DNA of 64,000 bases from an uncultured bacterium. Lineage in GTDB: Bacteria > Omnitrophota > Gorgyraeia > Ghiorseimicrobiales > Ghiorseimicrobiaceae. The notes under the pieces are model-generated. The model ran no database searches. It saw nothing but the letters and a program-made list of their open reading frames with translations, and had not been told where the DNA came from. Made by a program: the position numbers and the translations under genes. The DNA is taken from positions 2,349 through 66,348 of the forward strand of contig CAJVXN010000004.1 of the NCBI GenBank assembly GCA_913009335.1, written 5' to 3'. Shown here in pieces: positions 8,424 through 17,852 of the stretch; the first letter of the stretch is position 1; each line of letters begins with the position of its first letter.

Positions 8424-8503
8424 ATAACTATTTCCGTATCTATGTATAACTATTATTAATAACAAAAATAAAGAGTACAGCTAAAAATACATAAACGATA
8501 AAA

Positions 8504-10234
8504 TTAATCACTCGCCGTACTTCCGAGGGCTACACTCATTACCTCTTCTAATGATGTAATCCCTTCAGCTACCTTCTTTATGCCACTCTGATACAATGTC
8601 CCCATATCGTATTTCACAGCTATTTCACTGATCTTACGAACTGAGGCCTTTCTCATAAATGCCTCAAAGAGCTCATCATTCATTGTTAATATCTCAGCGA
8701 TACTCGTACGGCCCTTATACCCAATATTATTACATTTTTCACATCCTTTAGCTCTATAGATTAAATCCGCATCTATCTTAATATCGCCTAATTTTTCAAC
8801 TGTCGGCTCATAGGCCTCTTTACAGTGAGGGCAAAGAACGCGCACTAAACGCTGCGCTATAATCATAATCAAAGACGGGAGCAATAAATATGGCTCAATC
8901 CCGATATCAATAAGTCGTGTCACTGCGGTAGGAGCATCATTTGTATGAAGCGTACTCAAAACCAAATGTCCCGTCAAAGCTGATCTAACGCATATCTGAG
9001 CGGTTTCTAAATCTCTGACCTCTCCAACAAGCATAACATCAGGGTCCTGCCGTAAAAAAGTTTTTAATGCCTCAGCGAATGTTAGCCCTATCTCAGGTTT
9101 GATCTGAACCTGATTTATCCCTTCTATCCTATACTCAACAGGATCCTCTACAGTCATAATATTTTTTGCTGAAGACTTCATCTCATTAAGAGACGAATAT
9201 AACGTTGTAGTTTTACCAGACCCTGTAGGGCCAGTTAAAAAAATCAACCCATACGGACTTTTTATCCCCTTTCTAATCTGCTTTAGTTGCTTATCATCAA
9301 AACCTATAGTAGCCAAATCTAAAGAAATGCTCTCTTTATCTAATATTCTCATAACCAGCTTTTCGCCATATATAGTAGGCATAGTCGAGACACGAATATC
9401 AATAGTGCTATCTTTGATTTTTACAAAAAAAGCCCCTCCCTGAGGTAATCGTTTCTCAGCAATATTCAAATTCGATAAAATCTTAATACGTGAAAGGATT
9501 GGAAGATGCAGATGTTTTGCCGGAGGGGGTATCTCAAAAAGTTTTCCATCAATACGGTAGCGCAAAATTATTCTATCCTTAAACGGTTCAATATGTATAT
9601 CTGATGCCCTCTCTTCGATAGCTTGCCCGATAATTAAATCTACTAGTTTCACTACAGGTGCTTCCTCGGCTTTTTCAATAAGCTTATCCAGACTTAAACC
9701 CTCTTCTGCTTCTTCCATTTCCCTGGACGAGGCTGAAAAACTCTTCTCGATTTGATATGACTCCCTAACTGCGGCTTTAAGCAGATCTGCCTTACTATAA
9801 AATTGCTCAATTGCTTCATTAATATCAGCTTTAGTAGCAATAACCGGATTAATTTCGCAACCCGTCATCTTTCGTAAATTATCTAACAGAATTAAATCAA
9901 ACGGATCGGATATGGCACAAGTAAGAGAATTCAAATTACGCGCTAGAGGAAGAACGCAATACTTAAAAGCATACTCCTTAACAATCAACTCTTCTAAGCT
10001 CTGATCGATAGCTGGTTTCAAATGGCCAGTCCCTAAGCTCACATAAGGAATAGATAATTGTTTACCTAAAGCGGCAATCATACTTTGCTCGCTAATAAAA
10101 CCCTGTTCAATTAAAATTTCACCCAGCCTGCCTCCTTTTTCTGATTGCATAGCCAGGGCACTATTTAATTGATCTTCAGTAATCAAACCATCTCTTATTA
10201 AAATTTCACCTAGCCTTAGATAATTACGCGCCAT
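8504..10234 (-). CDS. pilB: Pilus assembly ATPase PilB/GspE with an N-terminal MshEN domain
   Basis: Tandem RLGEIL motifs, ASDIHIEP, Walker A GPTGSGKTT, LRQDPDVMLVGEVRD, TGHLVLSTLHTN and tetracysteine motif. Confidence 0.93.
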   Translation of the reverse strand: MARNYLRLGEILIRDGLITEDQLNSALAMQSEKGGRLGEILIEQGFISEQSMIAALGKQLSIPYVSLGTGHLKPAIDQSLEELIVKEYAFKYCVLPLARNLNSLTCAISDPFDLILLDNLRKMTGCEINPVIATKADINEAIEQFYSKADLLKAAVRESYQIEKSFSASSREMEEAEEGLSLDKLIEKAEEAPVVKLVDLIIGQAIEERASDIHIEPFKDRIILRYRIDGKLFEIPPPAKHLHLPILSRIKILSNLNIAEKRLPQGGAFFVKIKDSTIDIRVSTMPTIYGEKLVMRILDKESISLDLATIGFDDKQLKQIRKGIKSPYGLIFLTGPTGSGKTTTLYSSLNEMKSSAKNIMTVEDPVEYRIEGINQVQIKPEIGLTFAEALKTFLRQDPDVMLVGEVRDLETAQICVRSALTGHLVLSTLHTNDAPTAVTRLIDIGIEPYLLLPSLIMIIAQRLVRVLCPHCKEAYEPTVEKLGDIKIDADLIYRAKGCEKCNNIGYKGRTSIAEILTMNDELFEAFMRKASVRKISEIAVKYDMGTLYQSGIKKVAEGITSLEEVMSVALGSTASD

Positions 10235-10260
10235 AATATTTCTCCAAAATTAAAATTTAA

Positions 10261-11820
10261 TTATCTTATATCGTATTCTTTAAGTAATCGTTCGACTTTG
10301 CGTTCACGTCCGGATAAAGCCTGTTCCCTGTCTAAATCAAAACTTAACTGAGAAAAATCAGCAACTCTTGCCATATCTCTACTACGGCCATCCATTATAT
10401 ACGGGGTAATAAATATAACAACTTCTCTTTCTTGCTCGGTTTTTGCTTTATGTCTAAACAATATCCCGAAAATGGGAATTTTTGAGAAAAAAGCAACATT
10501 TGTTCTCGTATCACTCTTGTCAGTTTTTATAAGGCCTCCGATTAATAAGGTGTCGCCGTCTTTCATCCTCACGGTTGACTTTGTTCCGCGTATTTCCGGA
10601 TCTCTAAAAGCGCTCGATAACGCTGACTGTGTTGCCTCGGCTATTATCGGTTCTATAAACATAGTTATCTCACGGTTTTCCATGTCAACCTGCGGCGTAA
10701 CGCGTAAAGATACCCCTGTCTCCGCACGCTCTGCTTCCTCAGTAACACTACCGGTACCGCCTTCATTAGCAGCAGTTGTAGTTTTTATTCCTATAGCTTC
10801 ATCTGTAATAATCTTAATTTCGGCTGTTTCATGGCTAAGAGTCAAGATACGCGGCCTGGCTAATGACTTTGTACTTGTCTTGGATCTTAAAAGATTTAAT
10901 GCTAATTCAGCATTAACAATCTCCAATACTGAAGGAAGAAAATCATGCGCGCTCCAGCCGGAAAAATCAACACCACCGGGACTTGTATATTCACTCCAAG
11001 ATGTACCAAAAGTTTTTGGCTTATGATTGGTGTCAAAAGGAAAAGAAGTAGCTCTTGCCCCTGAAACATCTAATTTCGCGACCGTTGTAGGCCACTGCAC
11101 ACCTAAATCATCTACGTCACTTTTCGCGACATCTAAAATCTCCACCTCAATCATTACCTGCGGCAAAGAAACATCTAGCTTTGCGACTACATCATCAATA
11201 ATCTCAAATTGCTCTGGAATATCCGTAACGATAAGACTATTTGTACGTACATCGATATCTATCTTTCCGAATTCAGTAAGGATATTAGCTATTATCGTAA
11301 CAATACTACTTTCGTTTTCTCCGCCACTTTTTTCTCCGCCACTGCCGCCTCCCGATAACCCCGTTAAGGACTGACTCATGCCTGAAGAAATCTCCCCTCC
11401 CAGGCGTGATCCAGGAACCCGGGCAAACTTAAGATAGAAAACTTTAGTCAAAAGCCTTATCTCCGGCACAATAGATCGCTTTACCACAAATATGTTACTT
11501 GCAGAGTCTAAATCATAACTCAAGCCATTAGCAGAAAGTAATTTCTCTAATGCCTGTTTAACGCTAACATCATCCAAGTATAGCGTTAAATTTACATCTT
11601 CTACATTCTCGGCCGCGACAAAATTTAAACCAGACTGCTGTGAAAATATTTTAAGCACATCCTTAAGGCTAGCATCTTTAAAATCCATGGAAATGCGTTT
11701 CCATAAATTAGAATCTAATATATCACCTAAGCCAAATCCAGCAGGAGCAAAGCAAAGTAATAAAAATATGCTCACAATAAAAAAAACTATTCTTTTCTTA
11801 CTTCTTTTAATTATTTTCAT
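10261..11820 (-). CDS. Secretin (PilQ/GspD family)
   Basis: N0/STN domain (ISMDFKDASLKDVL), N3 (RTNSLIVTD), QVMIEVEI, secretin core (IGGL...SKIPIFGILFR...IFITPYI). Confidence 0.92.
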   Translation of the reverse strand: MKIIKRSKKRIVFFIVSIFLLLCFAPAGFGLGDILDSNLWKRISMDFKDASLKDVLKIFSQQSGLNFVAAENVEDVNLTLYLDDVSVKQALEKLLSANGLSYDLDSASNIFVVKRSIVPEIRLLTKVFYLKFARVPGSRLGGEISSGMSQSLTGLSGGGSGGEKSGGENESSIVTIIANILTEFGKIDIDVRTNSLIVTDIPEQFEIIDDVVAKLDVSLPQVMIEVEILDVAKSDVDDLGVQWPTTVAKLDVSGARATSFPFDTNHKPKTFGTSWSEYTSPGGVDFSGWSAHDFLPSVLEIVNAELALNLLRSKTSTKSLARPRILTLSHETAEIKIITDEAIGIKTTTAANEGGTGSVTEEAERAETGVSLRVTPQVDMENREITMFIEPIIAEATQSALSSAFRDPEIRGTKSTVRMKDGDTLLIGGLIKTDKSDTRTNVAFFSKIPIFGILFRHKAKTEQEREVVIFITPYIMDGRSRDMARVADFSQLSFDLDREQALSGRERKVERLLKEYDIR

Positions 11821-11855
11821 TACTACCCCTCCATAATCAGTTTATTTATATTTTC

Positions 11856-12263
11856 CTATTCAAACTCATCATCTGCTGATTCATTATCATATTCATCCTT
11901 AACTGAAATATAAAAAATATTTTCAGCGTAAGACAGTTTTATTCTATCTGGGTTAATCTCTACTATTTTAACACCCTTAAATGTATCACCAACCTTAACC
12001 ACGAAACCATCAATTATTGCCTGATTGATATCCCCCCCCCAAACTATACCTTGTACCTTAAAATCCGGCAATTCCCCTTCCTCTGCTTGTATCAAATCCT
12101 TAACTTCGATAAGCTCTTTTCGCTTAGGAAGATGCGATTTAAATGGGTCAGCATATTCAAATCCGGAATAAATAACTGCAGGCCCTAAGACTTCCTCATC
12201 AGCAAAAATATAATCTGAGCATAAAATAAAGCTAATTGTAATAAGAAATATTTTTATTCGCAT
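11856..12263 (-). CDS. PilP/GspC-like pilus assembly protein
   Basis: Signal peptide, DPF motif, VQGIVW...AIIDG..VKVGD; lies between pilO and the secretin. Confidence 0.65.
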   Translation of the reverse strand: MRIKIFLITISFILCSDYIFADEEVLGPAVIYSGFEYADPFKSHLPKRKELIEVKDLIQAEEGELPDFKVQGIVWGGDINQAIIDGFVVKVGDTFKGVKIVEINPDRIKLSYAENIFYISVKDEYDNESADDEFE

Positions 12264-12290
12264 TTAAATACTATAAAATTATAAAATCAG

Positions 12291-12866
12291 TTATTCTTTA
12301 ATAAAGGCTACGCTAATAACTATATCTGCGGTAAGAATATCATCTCTACCTTCTACCGTTTTCCTTCTTCTTTTTGTCCTTTTTTTCCTTGAAATAACCG
12401 CCTTGTATAAATTAATCTCGATAACATGTAAGATAGCTGGAGATGACTCAAGACGACTTAAAAAATCTCCAATCCGATGATACAAACCTTCAACTTTCAC
12501 ATCAAACGACAAAATACTAAATATGTCAGAATCTATTTTTTTCTGTGGGGCCAGAGAAGATATTTTTATTCCTGAACCACGCGCAAATCCAGATATCTCC
12601 TCCACAATAAACGCGGGATCCTTTTCACTGAATTCTACCAAATATTCTGTAAATTCCTTTTCTTGAAGCTTAATATCATCAACAATTTCATTCAATTCCT
12701 TTTCTTCTTTTATTTTTTTTTCGAGCTTTTGAACTTCTTGTTTCTGATTTTTGTATACACCAACAGCAAATAATAAAGATAAAACCACCGTTAGAATAAA
12801 CAATATTATCTTTTGCTTGCTAAGCAAGAAAGAAATATCAAAATTTCTATTGAATTCAAAAGCCAT
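12291..12866 (-). CDS. pilO: Type IV pilus assembly protein PilO
   Basis: N-terminal TM, coiled coil, V.G.YH.IG.FL..LE motif. Confidence 0.8.
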   Translation of the reverse strand: MAFEFNRNFDISFLLSKQKIILFILTVVLSLLFAVGVYKNQKQEVQKLEKKIKEEKELNEIVDDIKLQEKEFTEYLVEFSEKDPAFIVEEISGFARGSGIKISSLAPQKKIDSDIFSILSFDVKVEGLYHRIGDFLSRLESSPAILHVIEINLYKAVISRKKRTKRRRKTVEGRDDILTADIVISVAFIKE

Positions 12867-12902
12867 ATTTTTCTATTAACCCCTTAATCTAATCTTAGCA
12901 CC

Positions 12903-14447
12903 TTATTCACAAAGAATTTCAAATTTCGTTATATCGTGCCCATCTACTACCTCGTAAGATAGTGAAGCCAGTGAAATATTCTTAAAATCTGCAAAGCTTT
13001 CTTCTTTTTTTAAATCCGCTAAAAATTGATTTACAACATTGAACTCTTCCTCTTCATCATTAAGAGAAACAAAACCTGAAAGAATGAATCTTAAATCTTC
13101 ACCAACCTTTTTAAAATTAAGACTATTCATCCAAGCTCCTTTACGTCTTAATGCAGCTATACTCGAAAACTTAGGCGTAATATAAACTCTATGTTCTTTC
13201 ATATTTTCTACAATAGTAATTTTCTCTTTATACTGTTTTTTGAGTTTTCTTAACGAAGAACGATTTATAGTTCTAAGGCTTTCTAACACGGCTACGTTTT
13301 CTCTTTTATTTTTTAGTCTAATATGTATATTCTTAGCCATATTAACTTCACGTAAACCTAAAAGAAAACCCATAAACACAATACCACAAAAAATCAAAAT
13401 ATTCTTAACGAGCAATTCTCTATCTATACCGCGAGCAATTTTCTTGATTATAGACTCTAACTCGAATCCACCCTCAGTAGGAGCAGGAGCCACCCCTTTA
13501 AGCAAATCAATCCTTAAGGGAAAATCTACCGCATCCTTTAATGAAGCACCGTAAGCTTTTATTAAGCCAGAGCCAAAATCCTCCCCTGGGATATCAATTC
13601 TATCCTGGATATTTACCGGCACAATTAAAAGCTCTAATTCTTTATTCAATGTCTCTGCGTGCCCTGCTACATCAATAGCGCTTAATAAAACAATTCTATC
13701 TATATCTAATGTCTCTGACTTAAATTGCCTGCGACAATAGTCCAATGATATCCTTACTTCATTTATAAGTTTAGTAATAATGGTCTCGTGGGAAGGGGTT
13801 TCATCCGGCATAATTAAATTAAAATCACGGCTAAAACGTGGATACAAATTTTCGATTACTGTTATATCGCCCAACCCTGCCTCGAAATCGACATCAACAA
13901 CAACTACTAGCTCTTTTGCAGAAATCGCCTTAATAAACTTAAGCACTCTTAACGTGCTTAAAAACGACGGCTCAATAGCTAAAATATTTAAATCTGCCTG
14001 CTCCAGTATTGAAATATGTCTATTAATAATTTCTTTTTTAACGGCAATAAATAAAACTGTAATTTTTCTTGTCTTTCTATCATGCTTAGTCTGAAAATCA
14101 TAAATTAACTCTTCAAGTCTAAAAGGAATATATCTCTTAACTTCAAAACTAACTGTGGATGCTATCTCACCACGGGGAACAAATGGTATTTCAAAAAATC
14201 TTACTATTAAATCATTGCTAGGAAGAGTCAATACTACATCACGGGATATAATATTACTATCTAATAATCGCTCTTTAATCAGGCTAACGATCTTAACCTC
14301 ATCCACTACAGTCTGACTCAAGCCTGACTTTTTCTCCTGCAGCATACAAGGTAATTTAGAAAAATTCAAAACCTTTAAAGATTGCTGCTCAAGAATATTT
14401 ATAAAATTAGAACTAAAATGAATACCTAATTGTTGTTTTTTAAGCAT
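12903..14447 (-). CDS. pilM: PilM (actin-like) fused to a PilN-like domain
   Basis: FEVKRYIPF, EVRISLDY; TM segment near residue 350 followed by a PilN-like ferredoxin-fold region. Confidence 0.8.
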   Translation of the reverse strand: MLKKQQLGIHFSSNFINILEQQSLKVLNFSKLPCMLQEKKSGLSQTVVDEVKIVSLIKERLLDSNIISRDVVLTLPSNDLIVRFFEIPFVPRGEIASTVSFEVKRYIPFRLEELIYDFQTKHDRKTRKITVLFIAVKKEIINRHISILEQADLNILAIEPSFLSTLRVLKFIKAISAKELVVVVDVDFEAGLGDITVIENLYPRFSRDFNLIMPDETPSHETIITKLINEVRISLDYCRRQFKSETLDIDRIVLLSAIDVAGHAETLNKELELLIVPVNIQDRIDIPGEDFGSGLIKAYGASLKDAVDFPLRIDLLKGVAPAPTEGGFELESIIKKIARGIDRELLVKNILIFCGIVFMGFLLGLREVNMAKNIHIRLKNKRENVAVLESLRTINRSSLRKLKKQYKEKITIVENMKEHRVYITPKFSSIAALRRKGAWMNSLNFKKVGEDLRFILSGFVSLNDEEEEFNVVNQFLADLKKEESFADFKNISLASLSYEVVDGHDITKFEILCE

Positions 14448-14451
14448 AAGA

Positions 14452-14643
14452 TTAGCTTGTTTCCTCTTTTGTAGACAAACGCCGCTGATTTTTTAACCAT
14501 AAATCTATTTCTTTGCGATCAAAGCGCCAGACTCCTCCCACCTTCATGCCAGAAATCTTTCTCTGATTCAACCAATTATATATGGTTTGCTTCTTCAGCC
14601 TTAAATAATGCGCTAATTCCTCTATATTCATGAGCCTGCTCAT
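14452..14643 (-). CDS. Excisionase/MerR-like helix-turn-helix DNA-binding protein
   Basis: LMNIEELAHYLRLKKQTIYNW...KVGGVWRFDRKEIDLWL; SD GAGGAG. Confidence 0.88.
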   Translation of the reverse strand: MSRLMNIEELAHYLRLKKQTIYNWLNQRKISGMKVGGVWRFDRKEIDLWLKNQRRLSTKEETS

Positions 14644-14741
14644 AATAAAAAGCTCTCCTCGTCTTAAATAATTTAGCGGTCTTTTTATGTACAGATGGTA
14701 AACTAAAACTATATAAACATACCTATACTTAATTATATTTA

Positions 14742-14770
14742 ATTAAATCATAATAAGATTACTTTGTCAA
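14742..14770 (-). promoter_or_regulatory. Putative sigma70 promoter of the HTH-pilM operon
   Basis: TTGACA-17 nt-TTTAAT. Confidence 0.55.
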
Positions 14771-14866
14771 GTATTTTCTTACTTAAACTTACTTATTCTA
14801 TAATATTTTATTGTTTAATAACTAATAGTTTGTGGTGGATATTTGGAGGGAAAATAAGAAATAGGA

Positions 14867-15292
14867 CTAAGGACCGTAGTCGATCGTTGATGTGAGTTGA
14901 TTAGTATTGGTATCGTATGTGACGCGTATCGTCTTGGTATCAGGTAGCACATTACCAGCGTCATCAACTCTCCACTCAAATCCACCAGGGCCCCAATCCC
15001 ATTGCCAAACACCGGCACCGAGATCTACCCAGTTGCTGCCCACTGGTGGAGTTGATACTGTTACGTCTGCATATCTTAAGGATAGATATGCCTTTACCAT
15101 AGCCGATTCAACTGCATAGAAGCCTTTTATTCTTCTTACCTGATGTTCTGCGAGCCTGGCCTGCTTGGTAGTTATAGATAATACTGCGCCGGCCATAATA
15201 GTGACCAGAAGCATAAATATCAACGCCGTAACCAAAGCAATGCCTCTTTTGGAGGATTGCCAATGAATAATTCTATTAAATTGATAATTCAT
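14867..15292 (-). CDS. PilX-like minor pilin
   Basis: RG|IALVTALIFMLLV...AFYAVES-like PilX N-terminal pattern (no E5). Confidence 0.75.
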   Translation of the reverse strand: MNYQFNRIIHWQSSKRGIALVTALIFMLLVTIMAGAVLSITTKQARLAEHQVRRIKGFYAVESAMVKAYLSLRYADVTVSTPPVGSNWVDLGAGVWQWDWGPGGFEWRVDDAGNVLPDTKTIRVTYDTNTNQLTSTIDYGP

Positions 15293-15519
15293 ATTTTATT
15301 CACCTGTTCATAATCTGCCTGCTTTCTCAAGGAAACCGTATAATCTAAAGCTCCCTCATCCAGAAGGATATGCCCCTCTCTGGCAAGCCACCCAATACTC
15401 ATCAATATATTATCTCGAGGCCTATCAATCTTCGATACTATCTCTGATAAAGCTACTTCCCCGCGTTCATCAAGAAAATGCCATATTTCACCTGCAACAA
15501 TACCTATTTTAGTAATCAT
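15289..15519 (-). CDS. Small winged-helix protein (DUF2582-like)
   Basis: IGIVAGEIWHFL...LMSIGWLAREG. Confidence 0.8.
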   Translation of the reverse strand: MITKIGIVAGEIWHFLDERGEVALSEIVSKIDRPRDNILMSIGWLAREGHILLDEGALDYTVSLRKQADYEQVNKI

Positions 15520-15572
15520 TATATCTCTCCCGCGTTAACAGCTAATACGAAAAGTATGATAAACAAAATAAA

Positions 15573-15821
15573 CTAAGATAAAATATCGCCATCTTTTTGA
15601 TTAATGCTGCCGCATCTGGGACAATTAGAGAATACTTCCTCTTTTAAATCAACATATGCATGCATACATATAGCACACTGCCACAAATGACGCTCATCAA
15701 TAGACATCTTTTTTTTACTAGTATTTCTGCCTTCTACTAAAACAAAATATAATAAAGATACAATAATTAAAAACGATAGATACAATCCAATCGCTTCATA
15801 AAAATCTACCCTAATCATCAC
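15573..15821 (-). CDS. Small membrane protein with a Zn-ribbon
   Basis: N-terminal TM; CAIC...CPRC. Confidence 0.7.
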   Translation of the reverse strand: MMIRVDFYEAIGLYLSFLIIVSLLYFVLVEGRNTSKKKMSIDERHLWQCAICMHAYVDLKEEVFSNCPRCGSINQKDGDILS

Positions 15822-16509
15822 TAAAGCTTGCCCTTACTTTCTTAAAAAGTAAACCCTCTTGCCTATTACTCAGGTAAAGCTTGCGCCTCATAACCCTAAG
15901 AATAAAAAGATCTATTTCTAGGTCACCGCTGGAACGAACCCTCTTTATTAACAAAATATTCATTCTAGGCACAACTTTTAACTCAGCTTCCATAGCAGCA
16001 AACTTAGATAACTCTTTATAAAAAAAAGGGTCTTTTAATTTCTCAAAAGTAATTAATGTATTTTGTTCTTTCTCTATATCCCCCTTTTCTATAATCGGGA
16101 AAAAAGGAATATTCTTAGCATTTATGCCGGAATAGCCGAATAATGGCTTCTTTCTATCTGCAAATTCTATCCTTTCAAAAAAATATCTATTTTTCTGCGG
16201 TAAATATATTTGTTTTTCAAGGCTTACCAACCTAACCCTATTATATAGTATACCATGATTTTTTGCCTGTCCAGCAGAAAACACTATTTCCTTAAGATCA
16301 AACGCAGCAGATTTACCAAGCTCTCCCTCTATTAAAGAAGGAAAATCGCTCTTATCCAATAACTCACCCAAGAAACTTATATTCGGCTCCCTAAATCTAT
16401 TAGAGATGCTCGGAAAATCAAATTTTATAACAACAAAATATAGCAGGTGACAGATTAATGAAATAGCTACAGCCAATAATAATTCTTTTGCTATTCTTAT
16501 GCGAAGCAT
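15811..16509 (-). CDS. Membrane-anchored protein, TonB/TolA-like
   Basis: TM with SLICH (SxxxH) motif; C-terminal RSSGDLEID; directly downstream of exbD. Confidence 0.55.
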   Translation of the reverse strand: MLRIRIAKELLLAVAISLICHLLYFVVIKFDFPSISNRFREPNISFLGELLDKSDFPSLIEGELGKSAAFDLKEIVFSAGQAKNHGILYNRVRLVSLEKQIYLPQKNRYFFERIEFADRKKPLFGYSGINAKNIPFFPIIEKGDIEKEQNTLITFEKLKDPFFYKELSKFAAMEAELKVVPRMNILLIKRVRSSGDLEIDLFILRVMRRKLYLSNRQEGLLFKKVRASFSDD

Positions 16510-16521
16510 AAGAGACGCCCC

Positions 16522-16920
16522 TTATTCACTTTGATTGGTAGCGATATTTATATTTGTTATGCCCAAATCACGGCATAAATCCCAAATCTCAACCACCCTG
16601 CCCAGAGATGACCTGCGATCAGATTTAATAAGCATCGGCTTTCCCTTAAACTTTTTAAGATATACCCTTAATTCATCTAAGGTCACTATTTTAGCATTGA
16701 GATAAATGACGTTTTCAGCAGATATGGTTATCACCAGATTCTCTTCTGTTACAATATCTCCGGTAATCGCCCGGGGTAAATTTACTCTTATACCCGGCTG
16801 CACAATGAAACTTGATGTAAGCATAAAAAATATAAGCAGCTGAAATACAATATCAATCAAAGGCGCTATATCAATTTGCCTTAAACCCTGCTCCAGCTCC
16901 ATGTGTCTTTTAAATCTCAT
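16522..16920 (-). CDS. exbD: ExbD/TolR family protein
   Basis: IDIAPLIDIVFQLLIFFML...VNLP. Confidence 0.92.
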   Translation of the reverse strand: MRFKRHMELEQGLRQIDIAPLIDIVFQLLIFFMLTSSFIVQPGIRVNLPRAITGDIVTEENLVITISAENVIYLNAKIVTLDELRVYLKKFKGKPMLIKSDRRSSLGRVVEIWDLCRDLGITNINIATNQSE

Positions 16921-16955
16921 CTATTCCTCATTTATAGTTCTAAAAAAAATAAGCT

Positions 16956-17125
16956 TTAATCCAGATTTTGCATTAAACGCGGATGAAGAGTACTAAGATT
17001 TTTGAGATACAATGATTACAAAAAAACGCAGGCATACTTAAAAAGTACGTCGAGGTTTTTTGCAAGCACTTGTAGCCAAAAAGATTAATATTATTCGTCA
17101 TGTTCTAATGCAAATTCTGGATTTA
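16956..17125. mobile_element. MITE-like long imperfect hairpin, family C copy 1
   Basis: Terminal inverted repeats ATCCAGATTTTGCATTA / TAATGCAAATTCTGGAT, flanked on both sides by TTA. Confidence 0.7.
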
Positions 17126-17758
17126 CTATTCGGTTAAGAAATTAACCAGCTCAGTAGCAGTTCGTTCCATATCCAGAACTACCGAATTAATTTTACTCAC
17201 CAGGATATTGTAAAATATAAATGTCGGGATGGCCACTAAAAGACCAAATACTGTAGTTAATAAAGCCTCCCAAATTCCTCCGGCTAAATCCGCGGGACTT
17301 ACAGCATTCATTGCCCCCGCTTTAACTTGAATTGTTTGAAACGCTCGAACCATACCCGTAACAGTACCAAGCAGGCCTATGAGAGGTGAAATATGAGCAA
17401 TTGTAGCCAGAAATGTCATACGCTTCTCTAAAAGCGGTATCTCATACAAAGACGCATCTTCTAAAGTTTCTTTTACCTTCTCGCGAGTACGGTCATGCTT
17501 TAACACTCCGGTTTTAAGCATTCTGCTGACAGGAGTAGACTCCCTATCACATAGGTCCAATGCCTCCTTTATACGATTATGCTTTATATTATCTACAATT
17601 TTATTTAAAAAAGCGGGTGCGTCTATCTTAGCGCGTGCCAGATAAAAAAAACGCTCTAAGGTAATCGCAAAAGATATTATCGAACATACCAAAACCGGCC
17701 ACATTAAAGGACCTCCGGCAGAAAATATCTGCCAAGGTGTCATTTTCCAAAAATCCAT
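17126..17758 (-). CDS. exbB: MotA/TolQ/ExbB proton channel protein
   Basis: SPLIGLLGTVTGMVRAF, LAGGIWEALLTTVFGLLVAIP; SD AGGAGG before the ATG at 17758. Confidence 0.92.
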   Translation of the reverse strand: MDFWKMTPWQIFSAGGPLMWPVLVCSIISFAITLERFFYLARAKIDAPAFLNKIVDNIKHNRIKEALDLCDRESTPVSRMLKTGVLKHDRTREKVKETLEDASLYEIPLLEKRMTFLATIAHISPLIGLLGTVTGMVRAFQTIQVKAGAMNAVSPADLAGGIWEALLTTVFGLLVAIPTFIFYNILVSKINSVVLDMERTATELVNFLTE

Positions 17759-17852
17759 ATTGCTCCTCCTGATCAAATTTAAATTACAAATTCCTTACTC
17801 TTTATTCTTAACTATATACCAAATAATACAAAAACACAATATTAATCCAATT

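Noticed and set aside
14452-14643. Prophage or ICE marked by the excisionase-like gene
   Set aside because: There is no integrase, phage or conjugation gene; the flanks are pilus genes.
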